From positions 283,646 through 307,645 of the forward strand of contig CAKVMH010000001.1 of the NCBI GenBank assembly GCA_934772045.1: a stretch of 24,000 bases of DNA, read 5' to 3'. The position numbers and the translations under genes are program-made. Below are positions 6,896-14,227 of this stretch, piece by piece; position 1 is the first letter of the stretch, and each line of letters begins with the position of its first letter. The notes below the pieces were generated by a model. That model ran no database searches, had not been told where the DNA came from, and worked only from the letters and a program-made list of their open reading frames with translations. This DNA comes from an uncultured Clostridia bacterium (GTDB taxonomy: Bacteria > Bacillota > Clostridia > Christensenellales > UBA1242).

Positions 6896-7990
6896 TTAAA
6901 CATTAAATTTAAACACGATTATGTCGCCGTCTTGCACAACATAATCTTTGCCAGCACTTATAATCTTACCTTTTTCACGGCAGAGGTTATAATCGCCCAA
7001 CGTTATCAAGTCGTCGTATTTAACAACGTCTGCACGGATAAACCCACGCTCAAAATCGGTGTGGATTTTTCCTGCTGCTTGTGGGGCAAGTGTGCCACGG
7101 TGGATTGTCCAAGCGCGCACTTCTTTTTCGCCTGCGGTGATGAAACTTATAAGCCCAAGCAAATGATAACTTGCAACAATCAATTTTTCAAGCCCAGAAC
7201 TTTCAATGCCCAGTTCTTGCTTAAACATTTCGCGGTCTTTTTGTGGCATGTTTATCAGTTCTTCTTCTGTCCTTGCGCAAAGCGAAATAACTTCTGCCTG
7301 TTCAGCCAAAGCAATTTGTTTTATTTTTTCAATATTTTCGCGTTGGAAATCGTCCAATTCGTCGCTTGTGTTTGCCACATAAATGATAGGCTTGCTTGTG
7401 ATAAGGAAAAATCCGTCCACAATTTTTTGCTCTTCCGCGTTAAGTTTAAGCATGCGCGCTGGTTTTTGATATTTAAGCAACTCCAAAATCTCATTAAGCA
7501 ATTCAAATTCCTTAATTGTTTGCTGGTCGGCTTGCCCACCGTGAACAATTTTTTTAATGCGGTCAATGCGTTTTGTAACCGCGTCAATATCGCTTAAAAT
7601 AAGTTCCAAATTAATGGTGTCAATATCGCGCACAGGGTCAATGCTTCCGTCCACATGTATAATTTTATCGTTTTTAAACACGCGCACCACATGCACAATT
7701 GCGTCAACTTCGCGGATATGGCTCAAAAACTTATTGCCAAGCCCAGCACCTTCGCTTGCGCCTTTAACCAAACCTGCAATGTCCACAAATTCAATTTGCG
7801 CTGGAATAATTTTATTTGTGTGGTACATTTCAGCCAATTTATTCAACCTTTCGTCCGCCACATCGACAACGCCCACATTTGGCTCGATCGTACAAAAAGG
7901 GTAATTTGCACTTTCTGCACCGGCCTTAGTAATTGCATTAAATAATGTGCTTTTGCCAACATTTGGCAGACCAACAACGCCTAATTTCAT
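6896..7990 (-). CDS. ychF: Ribosome-binding ATPase YchF (Obg-family GTPase/ATPase)
   Basis: MKLGVVGLPNVGKSTLFN (G1), DIAGLVKGAS (G3), a coiled-coil insert and the C-terminal TGS-like end ...DGDIIVFKFNV. Start moved to ATG 7990, which has a GGAGAG SD. The 24-aa N-terminal extension in the ORF track is unlikely. Confidence 0.95.
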   Translation of the reverse strand: MKLGVVGLPNVGKSTLFNAITKAGAESANYPFCTIEPNVGVVDVADERLNKLAEMYHTNKIIPAQIEFVDIAGLVKGASEGAGLGNKFLSHIREVDAIVHVVRVFKNDKIIHVDGSIDPVRDIDTINLELILSDIDAVTKRIDRIKKIVHGGQADQQTIKEFELLNEILELLKYQKPARMLKLNAEEQKIVDGFFLITSKPIIYVANTSDELDDFQRENIEKIKQIALAEQAEVISLCARTEEELINMPQKDREMFKQELGIESSGLEKLIVASYHLLGLISFITAGEKEVRAWTIHRGTLAPQAAGKIHTDFERGFIRADVVKYDDLITLGDYNLCREKGKIISAGKDYVVQDGDIIVFKFNV

Positions 7991-8062
7991 TTTATTTTCT
8001 CTCCAACTCTTAAGTAATATTTGATATTTCCTAATAATACAATAATCTAAGGAAAATTTCAA

Positions 8063-8812
8063 GTGAAAAATATCTTAAAATACACATTAATTGGCTTTAT
8101 CCAAGGCATAACCGAATTTTTGCCGGTTTCAAGCAGTGGGCACATTGTCTTGTTTGGCTCGCTTTTTGAATTGGACAACCTTTTGTTACTAAGTGTGGTT
8201 GCGCACATCGGCACACTGTTTGCGGTTATCTTTTGTTATCGAAAGCAAATTGTGGAACTAATAAAAAATCCATTTAACTCAACAAATTTATGCCTAATAA
8301 TTGCAACTGTTCCAACTGTAGTAATGGTGCTAATTTTCAACAATTTTTTGGAAGCAAATTTTTCAATCCATGTTCTGGTTTGGGGGTTTTTATTGTCGGC
8401 ATTGTTGCTTGCTGTGGCAGACTTCAAAAAGACCAACAACAAACCAATAAACAAACGCAACGCACTTTACATGGGCATTGCACAGGGGCTTGCCTTGTTA
8501 CCGGGAATTTCGCGCAGTGGGGCAACGCTAACATGCGGTTTGTTGGTTGGCGTTGAAAAGCAAAAGGCGTTAGACTTTTCCTTTTTGATGAGTATACCAG
8601 TCATCATTGCAAGTGCGGTTTATGAAAGTTTTAAACTTTTCAGTTGCCAACTTACAATCAATTGGCTGGGCATTATAATTGTCATGATAACTTCATTTGT
8701 TTTCGGCATTTTATCAATAAAAATCATGTTGAAATTAGTCAATAAAAATAAGTTAATTTACTTCAGTTTCTATTTAATACTGCTAAGTTTATTAATTTTG
8801 TTTTTGGTTTAA
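8063..8812 (+). CDS. uppP: Undecaprenyl-diphosphate phosphatase (BacA/UppP)
   Basis: Signature motifs EFLPVSSSGH and PGISRSGATL. Polytopic membrane protein of 249 aa. GTG start with AAGGA 9 nt upstream. Divergent from ychF. Confidence 0.9.
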   Translation: MKNILKYTLIGFIQGITEFLPVSSSGHIVLFGSLFELDNLLLLSVVAHIGTLFAVIFCYRKQIVELIKNPFNSTNLCLIIATVPTVVMVLIFNNFLEANFSIHVLVWGFLLSALLLAVADFKKTNNKPINKRNALYMGIAQGLALLPGISRSGATLTCGLLVGVEKQKALDFSFLMSIPVIIASAVYESFKLFSCQLTINWLGIIIVMITSFVFGILSIKIMLKLVNKNKLIYFSFYLILLSLLILFLV

Positions 8813-8899
8813 AACTGCCGTTTAATGGGTTAAAATAAAGTAAAAAAGCATAAAACTATCGACAAAATTCGACAAAATACGATATTTCTTCGTAAATCA

Positions 8900-8927
8900 T
8901 TGCAGTTGTGGGGCTTTGCCTTAAAAT
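8900..8927 (+). promoter_or_regulatory. Promoter of the XRE gene, leaderless configuration
   Basis: TTGCAG (8900-8905), 16-nt spacer, TAAAAT (8922-8927), then 6 nt to ATG 8934. No SD. A perfect tandem TCGACAAAAT x2 lies at 8859-8878 just upstream. Confidence 0.5.
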
Positions 8928-8933
8928 GATTTT

Positions 8934-9140
8934 ATGAATATAGGTAAAGTTATTAGGGATTTAAGGAAGGAACATAAGATAACGCAATCGCAACTTGCAA
9001 TGGCAATCAATTCAACACAAGACACCATTTCCCTTTGGGAACTTAATAAAAGTTGCCCAGATGCGTTTTATATTGTCAAACTTGCCAAATATTTTAGTGT
9101 CAGTGCGGATTATTTACTTGGCTTGCAAGATGTCATGTAA
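8934..9140 (+). CDS. XRE-family (Cro/cI-type) helix-turn-helix transcriptional regulator, 68 aa
   Basis: IRDLRKEHKITQSQLAMAINSTQDTISLWE is a textbook HTH_3 pattern; the C-terminal end is ...SADYLLGL. Confidence 0.8.
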   Translation: MNIGKVIRDLRKEHKITQSQLAMAINSTQDTISLWELNKSCPDAFYIVKLAKYFSVSADYLLGLQDVM

Positions 9141-9264
9141 ATTGGAGCAGTTAATTTAAACTTAAAATTACTTATTCATTTGCTATGCCATGTTAAATGG
9201 CGTTTTCAGTGTGTTTTTTGCTTGCGCACACTTTTTGTTGATTTTTCTGTCTAACCACAAAATA

Positions 9265-9293
9265 TTGACATTATGTAATGTTTGTGATAATAT
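9265..9293 (+). promoter_or_regulatory. Near-consensus SigA promoter driving the large ncRNA
   Basis: TTGACA (9265-9270), 17-nt spacer, TAATAT (9288-9293). Predicted start is near 9300, 3 nt before the closing helix of the RNA. Confidence 0.7.
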
Positions 9294-9299
9294 AATAAC

Positions 9300-9948
9300 A
9301 TAACGAAGGCGCAGTATTCTAGTCGTCTAGGTTAAGTGAGGATGCTGAAACAAGCATAATTGGCACAACTATGAAGTTTCTGGTGCTGGCTTTGATTGCC
9401 CAAATTGGGGCTGGTGCTGGGAGTTAAGGTTTTTGGGTGGTGTGTAACGGCATACACATTTAAGCCCAACTATCGCGGAGACCCAAGTGGGTAGGTTGAG
9501 TGTTATTAGCTGCTTATCTATCGCTTGGATTGGGAACCTGCATACGGCGAAAGTTGTGTGCAGTGTAGCCTGCTTTGAGTGGTTAAACTGGGATTGAGCG
9601 ACAACTTAAATTTATTGCAAAGTACACGCATACTTTTAGGTTGCTTTTGAAATTTTAACCGCAAAATAAAGCTAAATTTAACTGATGACGTTAAGGAAAA
9701 CTTCTAGGCTGTTCGTATGAGGTGCTTTGGGGATTATAGTGTGGTCTCAGTGGCGATTCGGTGCAAGTTTTGCATAAAGGGAAACCGCTTTGTTGGTAAC
9801 GGCAAAGTGCAAGATTGGGAAATCCAACCGAACCTTATGCCGCAAGGTTTACTCAAGGTATTGCCTTCGTAATTTGGAAACAACACTTTTAAGTGTGTAA
9901 ATAAACATAAAAAGAAAAAAGCAGGTAAGTTTTCACCTGTTTTTTTCG
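9300..9948 (+). ncRNA. Large stand-alone structured non-coding RNA, family unassigned (ROOL/OLE/GOLLD-class candidate or new class)
   Basis: Has its own promoter and terminator, and no + strand ORF of 60 aa or more. An 8-bp long-range helix 9303-9310/9863-9870 closes a ~568-nt domain. At least 10 hand-foldable helices include an 11-bp stem with a GAAA tetraloop (9538-9563). G-U pairs fix the + strand. G+C is 31/60 and 28/60 in 9361-9480 versus 16/60 in the flanking 9141-9200. Confidence 0.7.
9921..9947 (+). terminator. Intrinsic terminator of the ncRNA
   Basis: CAGGT (9922-9926) / ACCTG (9935-9939), plus a G-U closing pair, 8-nt loop, T-run 9940-9947. Confidence 0.6.
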
Positions 9949-10073
9949 TTGTGAACACAACAAACCATATTTTTAAATGGGAACAAAATAAATTGGTTTA
10001 TTATGAGTTTTCTTTTGGCAAAAATAAACCAATTTGCTTCGCTTTTGCTCGCAAATATGGTTTGTTGTTAATC

Positions 10074-10102
10074 ACAAAAAAAAGTGGCTTAAATGCCACT
10101 TT
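10074..10102 (-). terminator. Intrinsic terminator of the 10165-10590 gene
   Basis: AAAGTGGC (10081-10088) / GCCACTTT (10095-10102), 6-nt loop. A-run 10074-10080 gives the U-run on the minus strand. Confidence 0.7.
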
Positions 10103-10164
10103 TAAATTCTTAAACTGGAATAATGTAACCTATTTTATTATGAAAATTGAATTAACTTAACAAA

Positions 10165-10590
10165 TTAGTCCCTTCTTCTGTTAGGAATTGAAAGCACCAA
10201 CAACAATGAAACTACGCCGACGCCAATAGCAACGTATTCACCAACTTTGTTTGAGAATTGAACAGAAACGTCTGCAGACCCGCCCAAGGCCATAGAAAAT
10301 TTAACATTGTACATGTTTGAAATAATCATGTAGTTTTTATCTTCTAAATTGCCAAAATCTTTGGTGTCGTTTAAATAAATTTTATTGCCTTTCAATTTAT
10401 AAAAACCGGTGTTTTCGCCTAATTTGTAACTGCCGTCCCATTTAAATTGCAATTCAACAGTTTCAGTTTTGTCGCCAACTTTGTAATTATATTTATAAGT
10501 ACCAAATGGCAAGATAAACATAGGGTAGCCATAACATAAAACAACAAATGCAATTGCAAGTGTTAAAAATATTTTCCTAAAAAAGTGCAT
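10165..10590 (-). CDS. Hypothetical membrane-anchored protein (N- and C-terminal TM helices, beta-rich middle)
   Basis: 141 aa, strong SD AAGGAGAAGGG. N-terminal hydrophobic segment IFLTLAIAFVVLCYGY and C-terminal VAIGVGVVSLLLVLSIPNRRRD. No recognisable family. Confidence 0.6.
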   Translation of the reverse strand: MHFFRKIFLTLAIAFVVLCYGYPMFILPFGTYKYNYKVGDKTETVELQFKWDGSYKLGENTGFYKLKGNKIYLNDTKDFGNLEDKNYMIISNMYNVKFSMALGGSADVSVQFSNKVGEYVAIGVGVVSLLLVLSIPNRRRD

Positions 10591-10784
10591 AAACCCTTCT
10601 CCTTTATTTTTAGTATAGTGAAAAATTTAACGAAAGTCAACAAACTGTGTCAGTTTTTGTATTTTAATTTCGCATTGTAATTTTGCTTATCGTGCACATT
10701 AAAAAATGCTTGACCAACGGCTAAACTTTATTTAAACTTAAAATATACATATTCATGTAAAATGAAAATTATTCAGGGGGAAGA

Positions 10785-12551
10785 ATGAAAAAACGCGCAG
10801 ACATTGATGAAAAATATAAATGGGATATAGGGTTATTTAAAACACAAAAAGAAATTGAAAATGTGTTCACCACAATGCAATTTTTAACCGATGAAATGCC
10901 AAAATTTTATGGCAAATTTAACGATAAGGATAAGTTTTTTGAATACCTTACCACATATGAAAAACAGGAGCAATTAATACAACAATTTTGTTTTTATTTG
11001 TCCAACACTTATGCGACAGACAACTCAAATGTGGAAATCCTTAAACTTATGCAACGCTATGAAATCATGGCGCAAAAGTTGGGCAAAGCAACCGCCTTTG
11101 TTTCACCACAAATGGCGCGTTTAAGTGAAAAATATTTGCGCGAATTGCTTAGCGATAAGCGTGCAAAAGGTCATGAAAATTTTATTCTTGACATCATTCG
11201 CAACAAGCCACACACATTAGATGAAAAATCGGCAGATTTAATTGCAAAAATTTCAAACAGTTTCAACAACAGTTCATCAGTTTTTGACATTATAACCGAC
11301 AGTGAAATGGAATTTAATTTAGCATTGGACAGCAAAAATAAACCACATAAACTTGACAATGCAACCTATCACACTTTGCTCACAAGCAAGGACAGGGTTT
11401 TAAGAAAAAATGCTTTTAAAAATTTCTTATCACAATATGGAAAGTTGAATAAAACCTTTGCTGAACTTTATGTAAGCGACATGAAATCAGATAACGACAA
11501 TACAAAATTGCATAATTTCAGTTCACTTTTAACCGCGCAACTTTTCGACGAACAAGTGCCAGAAATTGTGTTTGAAAACAACATAAAATATGTTAACAAA
11601 CACATTGATTTAAACAAAAAATACATTCGCGCACTTGCCAAAAATCAATGGCTGAAAGACATTGCTTACTACGACCTTTTTATGGACGAAAAAGTAAATG
11701 GAAAAGTAACAATTGAACAAGCAAAGCAGACAATTTTAAATGCGCTTGCACCACTTGGGCAAGACTATTTGTCACGCGTGAACAAAAAATTGACAGATAA
11801 ATCTATCGATTACATGCCAAACCAAAACAAAACAACAGGGGGATACTGTTCAAATTGCTACGGTGCAAAAACTTTAATTTTGATGAACTGGCAAGACGAT
11901 TTCAACAGTATGTCCACATTAATACACGAAATGGGGCATTGCATTAATGCTGAATATTTCAACGAGTTTCAACCAATGGACGACGCATCAATCAGCATTT
12001 TCAGTGCGGAAATTGCAAGCACAGTAAATGAAATTTTATTAAATCAATACATGCAAAAAACGGCAGACAAAAGGCATAAAAAATATTATTTAAACGAATT
12101 TTTAAATTCGGTTAGAAGCACAATTTTTAGGCAAACTTTGTTTAGCGAGTTTGAATTGTATGCCCACACAAGCATAGAAAATGAAACACCAATCACATAC
12201 AAAGAATTGAATGAAAAATACTTTGAATTGAACAAAAAATATTATGGTGGGGCATGTGCTCTTCCAAAGGAATTGCAATTTGAATGGTCACGCATTCCAC
12301 ACTTTTACCGCCCATATTATGTCTATTCATACTCAACCGGCATGTTAACAGGCATTACCATTGCAGTCAAACTTTTAAACGAGCCTAACTTTGCAAACCA
12401 TTACATTGAATTTTTAAAGAATGGTACACACCGCCCAGCAATTGAAGTGCTAAAAGAAATCGGCATTGATTTAACAACAGCAGAGCCATTTGAATACGCC
12501 TTTAAGTTTATCAAAAATCAATTAGATGAATACATTTCACTTAAAAAGTAA
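10785..12551 (+). CDS. pepF: Oligoendopeptidase F (M3B metallopeptidase)
   Basis: 588 aa. Zinc site TLIHEMGHCINAEYF (HEXXH). The N-terminal KYKWDI and overall length are typical of PepF. SD GGGGGAAG. Confidence 0.9.
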   Translation: MKKRADIDEKYKWDIGLFKTQKEIENVFTTMQFLTDEMPKFYGKFNDKDKFFEYLTTYEKQEQLIQQFCFYLSNTYATDNSNVEILKLMQRYEIMAQKLGKATAFVSPQMARLSEKYLRELLSDKRAKGHENFILDIIRNKPHTLDEKSADLIAKISNSFNNSSSVFDIITDSEMEFNLALDSKNKPHKLDNATYHTLLTSKDRVLRKNAFKNFLSQYGKLNKTFAELYVSDMKSDNDNTKLHNFSSLLTAQLFDEQVPEIVFENNIKYVNKHIDLNKKYIRALAKNQWLKDIAYYDLFMDEKVNGKVTIEQAKQTILNALAPLGQDYLSRVNKKLTDKSIDYMPNQNKTTGGYCSNCYGAKTLILMNWQDDFNSMSTLIHEMGHCINAEYFNEFQPMDDASISIFSAEIASTVNEILLNQYMQKTADKRHKKYYLNEFLNSVRSTIFRQTLFSEFELYAHTSIENETPITYKELNEKYFELNKKYYGGACALPKELQFEWSRIPHFYRPYYVYSYSTGMLTGITIAVKLLNEPNFANHYIEFLKNGTHRPAIEVLKEIGIDLTTAEPFEYAFKFIKNQLDEYISLKK

Positions 12552-12567
12552 AATATTTAAAAAAGAA

Positions 12568-12596
12568 TTGCAAAAACTAAGTTGATTTGTTATAAT
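12568..12596 (+). promoter_or_regulatory. SigA-type promoter for the small tail-anchored protein gene(s)
   Basis: TTGCAA (12568-12573), 17-nt spacer, TATAAT (12591-12596), followed by a GGAG SD and ATG 12609. Confidence 0.65.
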
Positions 12597-12608
12597 TTAG
12601 GAGTGAAC

Positions 12609-12974
12609 ATGCTGGATAAAAAATCATTTTCAGTTTTAAAAGCATTGAATAAGTTGACTGATGGTACCGCATATAAAGTGGCAACCAGTGAAGAAATTAT
12701 TGCATTGCTTAGCCAAAAAAGCCAGTACGATAACGACAGCATAAGGCAAATTATGGATTTTTTGGAAAAACAAGAGTATTTGATTATCAAATTTAGTGAA
12801 GAAAACACATATTGTTATTCACTTCTTCCCAAAGCACGCATTGTGTTGGAACAGGACACGGGCAAACCAAAAGCAAAAAAGAATATAAATTCGTTTTTAC
12901 ATTATGCTTATGTCGCACTGGCTTCATTCGTTGGGTGCTTGCTTGCGTTGGTTGTTTTCTTTTATGTTTTTTAG
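12609..12974 (+). CDS. Tail-anchored small protein: N-terminal winged-helix-like domain plus a single C-terminal TM helix (121 aa)
   Basis: MLDKKSFSVLKALNKLTDGTAYKVATSEEIIALLS...IRQIMDFLEKQEYLIIKF..., then a basic linker and FLHYAYVALASFVGCLLALVVFFYVF at the extreme C-terminus. Start ATG 12609 has a GGAG SD. The TTG start in the ORF track lies inside the -10 box. Confidence 0.65.
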   Translation: MLDKKSFSVLKALNKLTDGTAYKVATSEEIIALLSQKSQYDNDSIRQIMDFLEKQEYLIIKFSEENTYCYSLLPKARIVLEQDTGKPKAKKNINSFLHYAYVALASFVGCLLALVVFFYVF

Positions 12975-13057
12975 TCGTTTTGCAAACATCAAACTCTAAT
13001 TATAAAAATCACAATTTTCAAATAAAATTTAAAAACACAAATTATTAGTCAAAAATT

Positions 13058-13423
13058 ATGTTAACTTTTAAAGAAAAATACGTAATGGAATATGTCTATC
13101 AGAAATGTCAAGGCAAAAAGTCTTGTCTTATTTCTCCGCGCGAAATTATTTCATTTGTTGCGGACAAATATGTCATTTCTACTGACGAACTTGAAAAGAT
13201 TATGACAAATTTAAGTTACGATAACTACATCGAACTTTTTAAAAGTGACAAAAAAGGTAGCCCAGTTTTTTGTGTTTCGCTTAAAATTAAAGGTGAAGGT
13301 TTTCATCGTGAACTTACCAACAACAAGCGCAACTTGTGGTATCAAATTGCCACAAAGGTTGGTTTGGCATTGCTTGTAGGCATAATTGGTTTAATTTTCG
13401 CCATTATAAAAATCCGCTTTTAA
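13058..13423 (+). CDS. Paralog of the preceding gene: winged-helix-like domain plus C-terminal TM helix (121 aa)
   Basis: Same length and architecture as 12609-12974. Aligned motifs include ML..K, (E/R)EII, (Q/K)IM..L....Y(L/I), a beta-hairpin region, a basic linker and the terminal TM VGLALLVGIIGLIFAIIKIRF. No obvious SD. Confidence 0.6.
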   Translation: MLTFKEKYVMEYVYQKCQGKKSCLISPREIISFVADKYVISTDELEKIMTNLSYDNYIELFKSDKKGSPVFCVSLKIKGEGFHRELTNNKRNLWYQIATKVGLALLVGIIGLIFAIIKIRF

Positions 13424-13487
13424 TAAAAGTGCGCGGTCGTATTTAATATTTCAATCCATGAGTGTAAGTACAAGTTTGTATTAATTG

Positions 13488-13961
13488 GTCACTCTGAGTG
13501 TTGGCAATTACACTCTATATGATATGTACACCATGAACGTTAGTGAATATGTCGTACTAAGTGTGTCGCCCTGTTAAGTTTGTCACCCTTTTATGTATGT
13601 CACCCTGAGCGCACGCGAAGGGTCTTGCACGAAGCGCTTTTTACGATCAATATATCAAAAGCAAAACAAGTTTTGCAAGATTCTTCGCTTCGCTAGAATC
13701 TGAAGATTTTTTCGAAATCATTCAGGTTCTTCGCTATGCTAGAATGACAGATAACTGAAAATATACATAAACATAAATAACATTATTTTTTTAAAATCAT
13801 TCAGGTTCTTCGCTACGCTCAGAATGACACGTGTATTCAATCTTATGTCATTCTGTTAAGTATGTACTATGTAAGTATGTCACCCTGAGTGGAACGAAGG
13901 GTCTTGCGCGAAGCGTTTTTTACCATTAATGTTTTAATCAACGCTACGCTCAGAATGACAG
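13488..13961. repeat. Nest of short hairpin repeats (core GTCAYYCTGAG-N-CGAAGRRYC) in both orientations
   Basis: Forward full copies at 13599-13637 and 13879-13915. Forward heads at 13488-13500, 13565-13578, 13582-13592 and 13847-13860. Reverse copies at 13678-13700, 13716-13750, 13795-13830 and 13941-13961. About 80-nt composite units at 13562-13645 and 13843-13925 are direct repeats of each other. Confidence 0.8.
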
Positions 13962-14015
13962 ATGTATTATCACCAGTTTATCTGGTGTTTTTTATTTTAA
14001 AAAGCAAAGAGTGGT

Positions 14016-14121
14016 TTGCATGTTTTTATTGTTATAAGGAAAATTCTGCATACTTATGTTTTTATTATTATAAGAAAAATGCTACATATGCATGTTTTTA
14101 TTTTGACAAGAAAAAAGTTGC
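14016..14121. repeat. Three imperfect tandem 36-bp repeats upstream of the S8 protease gene
   Basis: Core ATGTTTTTATT..TTATAAG.AAAAAT starts at 14020, 14056 and 14092, an exact 36-bp period. The third copy contains TTGACA (14103-14108). Confidence 0.7.
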
Positions 14122-14227
14122 TTTTACAAGTTTATTATGTAATAATAAAAATACTAATTAAATTTTTAGTTATACTAAATGTAATAAGCATTTGTTGGCT
14201 TGCAACAAGTGCAATAGGGGTAAACAT

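Noticed and set aside
6932-7945. ORFs on the + strand and in an alternative - frame inside ychF (6932..7597, 7321..7587, 7557..7904, 7655..7945)
   Set aside because: They are antisense or out of frame relative to a confidently identified ychF, and their products are low-complexity with no motifs.
9371-9427. An 18-codon ORF inside the ncRNA (MKFLVLALIAQIGAGAGS), a possible small hydrophobic peptide or type I toxin
   Set aside because: There is no Shine-Dalgarno sequence, and the ORF is built from the GGTGCTGG repeat motif and lies within predicted helices. It is kept only as a minor alternative (dual-function RNA) to test by ribosome profiling.
9300-9900. Could the structured RNA be RNase P RNA, tmRNA, SRP RNA, a cobalamin riboswitch or a T-box?
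   Set aside because: It has no GAGGAAAGUCC or ACAGAA-type RNase P signatures and no tRNA-like 3' end (GGUUCGA..CCACCA) or GGGG 5' end of tmRNA. It is far larger than 4.5S/scRNA or 6S RNA. The only GCCACTG (B12-box-like) string is on the minus strand, without the rest of the riboswitch and with no downstream gene. The + strand unit ends in a terminator facing a convergent gene, so it is not a cis-regulatory leader.
9734-10160. ORF-track entries 9734..9958 (-) and 9951..10160 (+)
   Set aside because: The first is antisense to the structured RNA and its terminator, with no RBS. The second spans terminator hairpins in AT-rich spacer, has no RBS and gives a low-complexity product.
13488-14121. 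CRISPR array?
   Set aside because: The repeats occur in both orientations with irregular spacing and variable length, lack uniform spacers, and no cas genes are present. The 36-bp tandem has only three degenerate, directly abutting copies.
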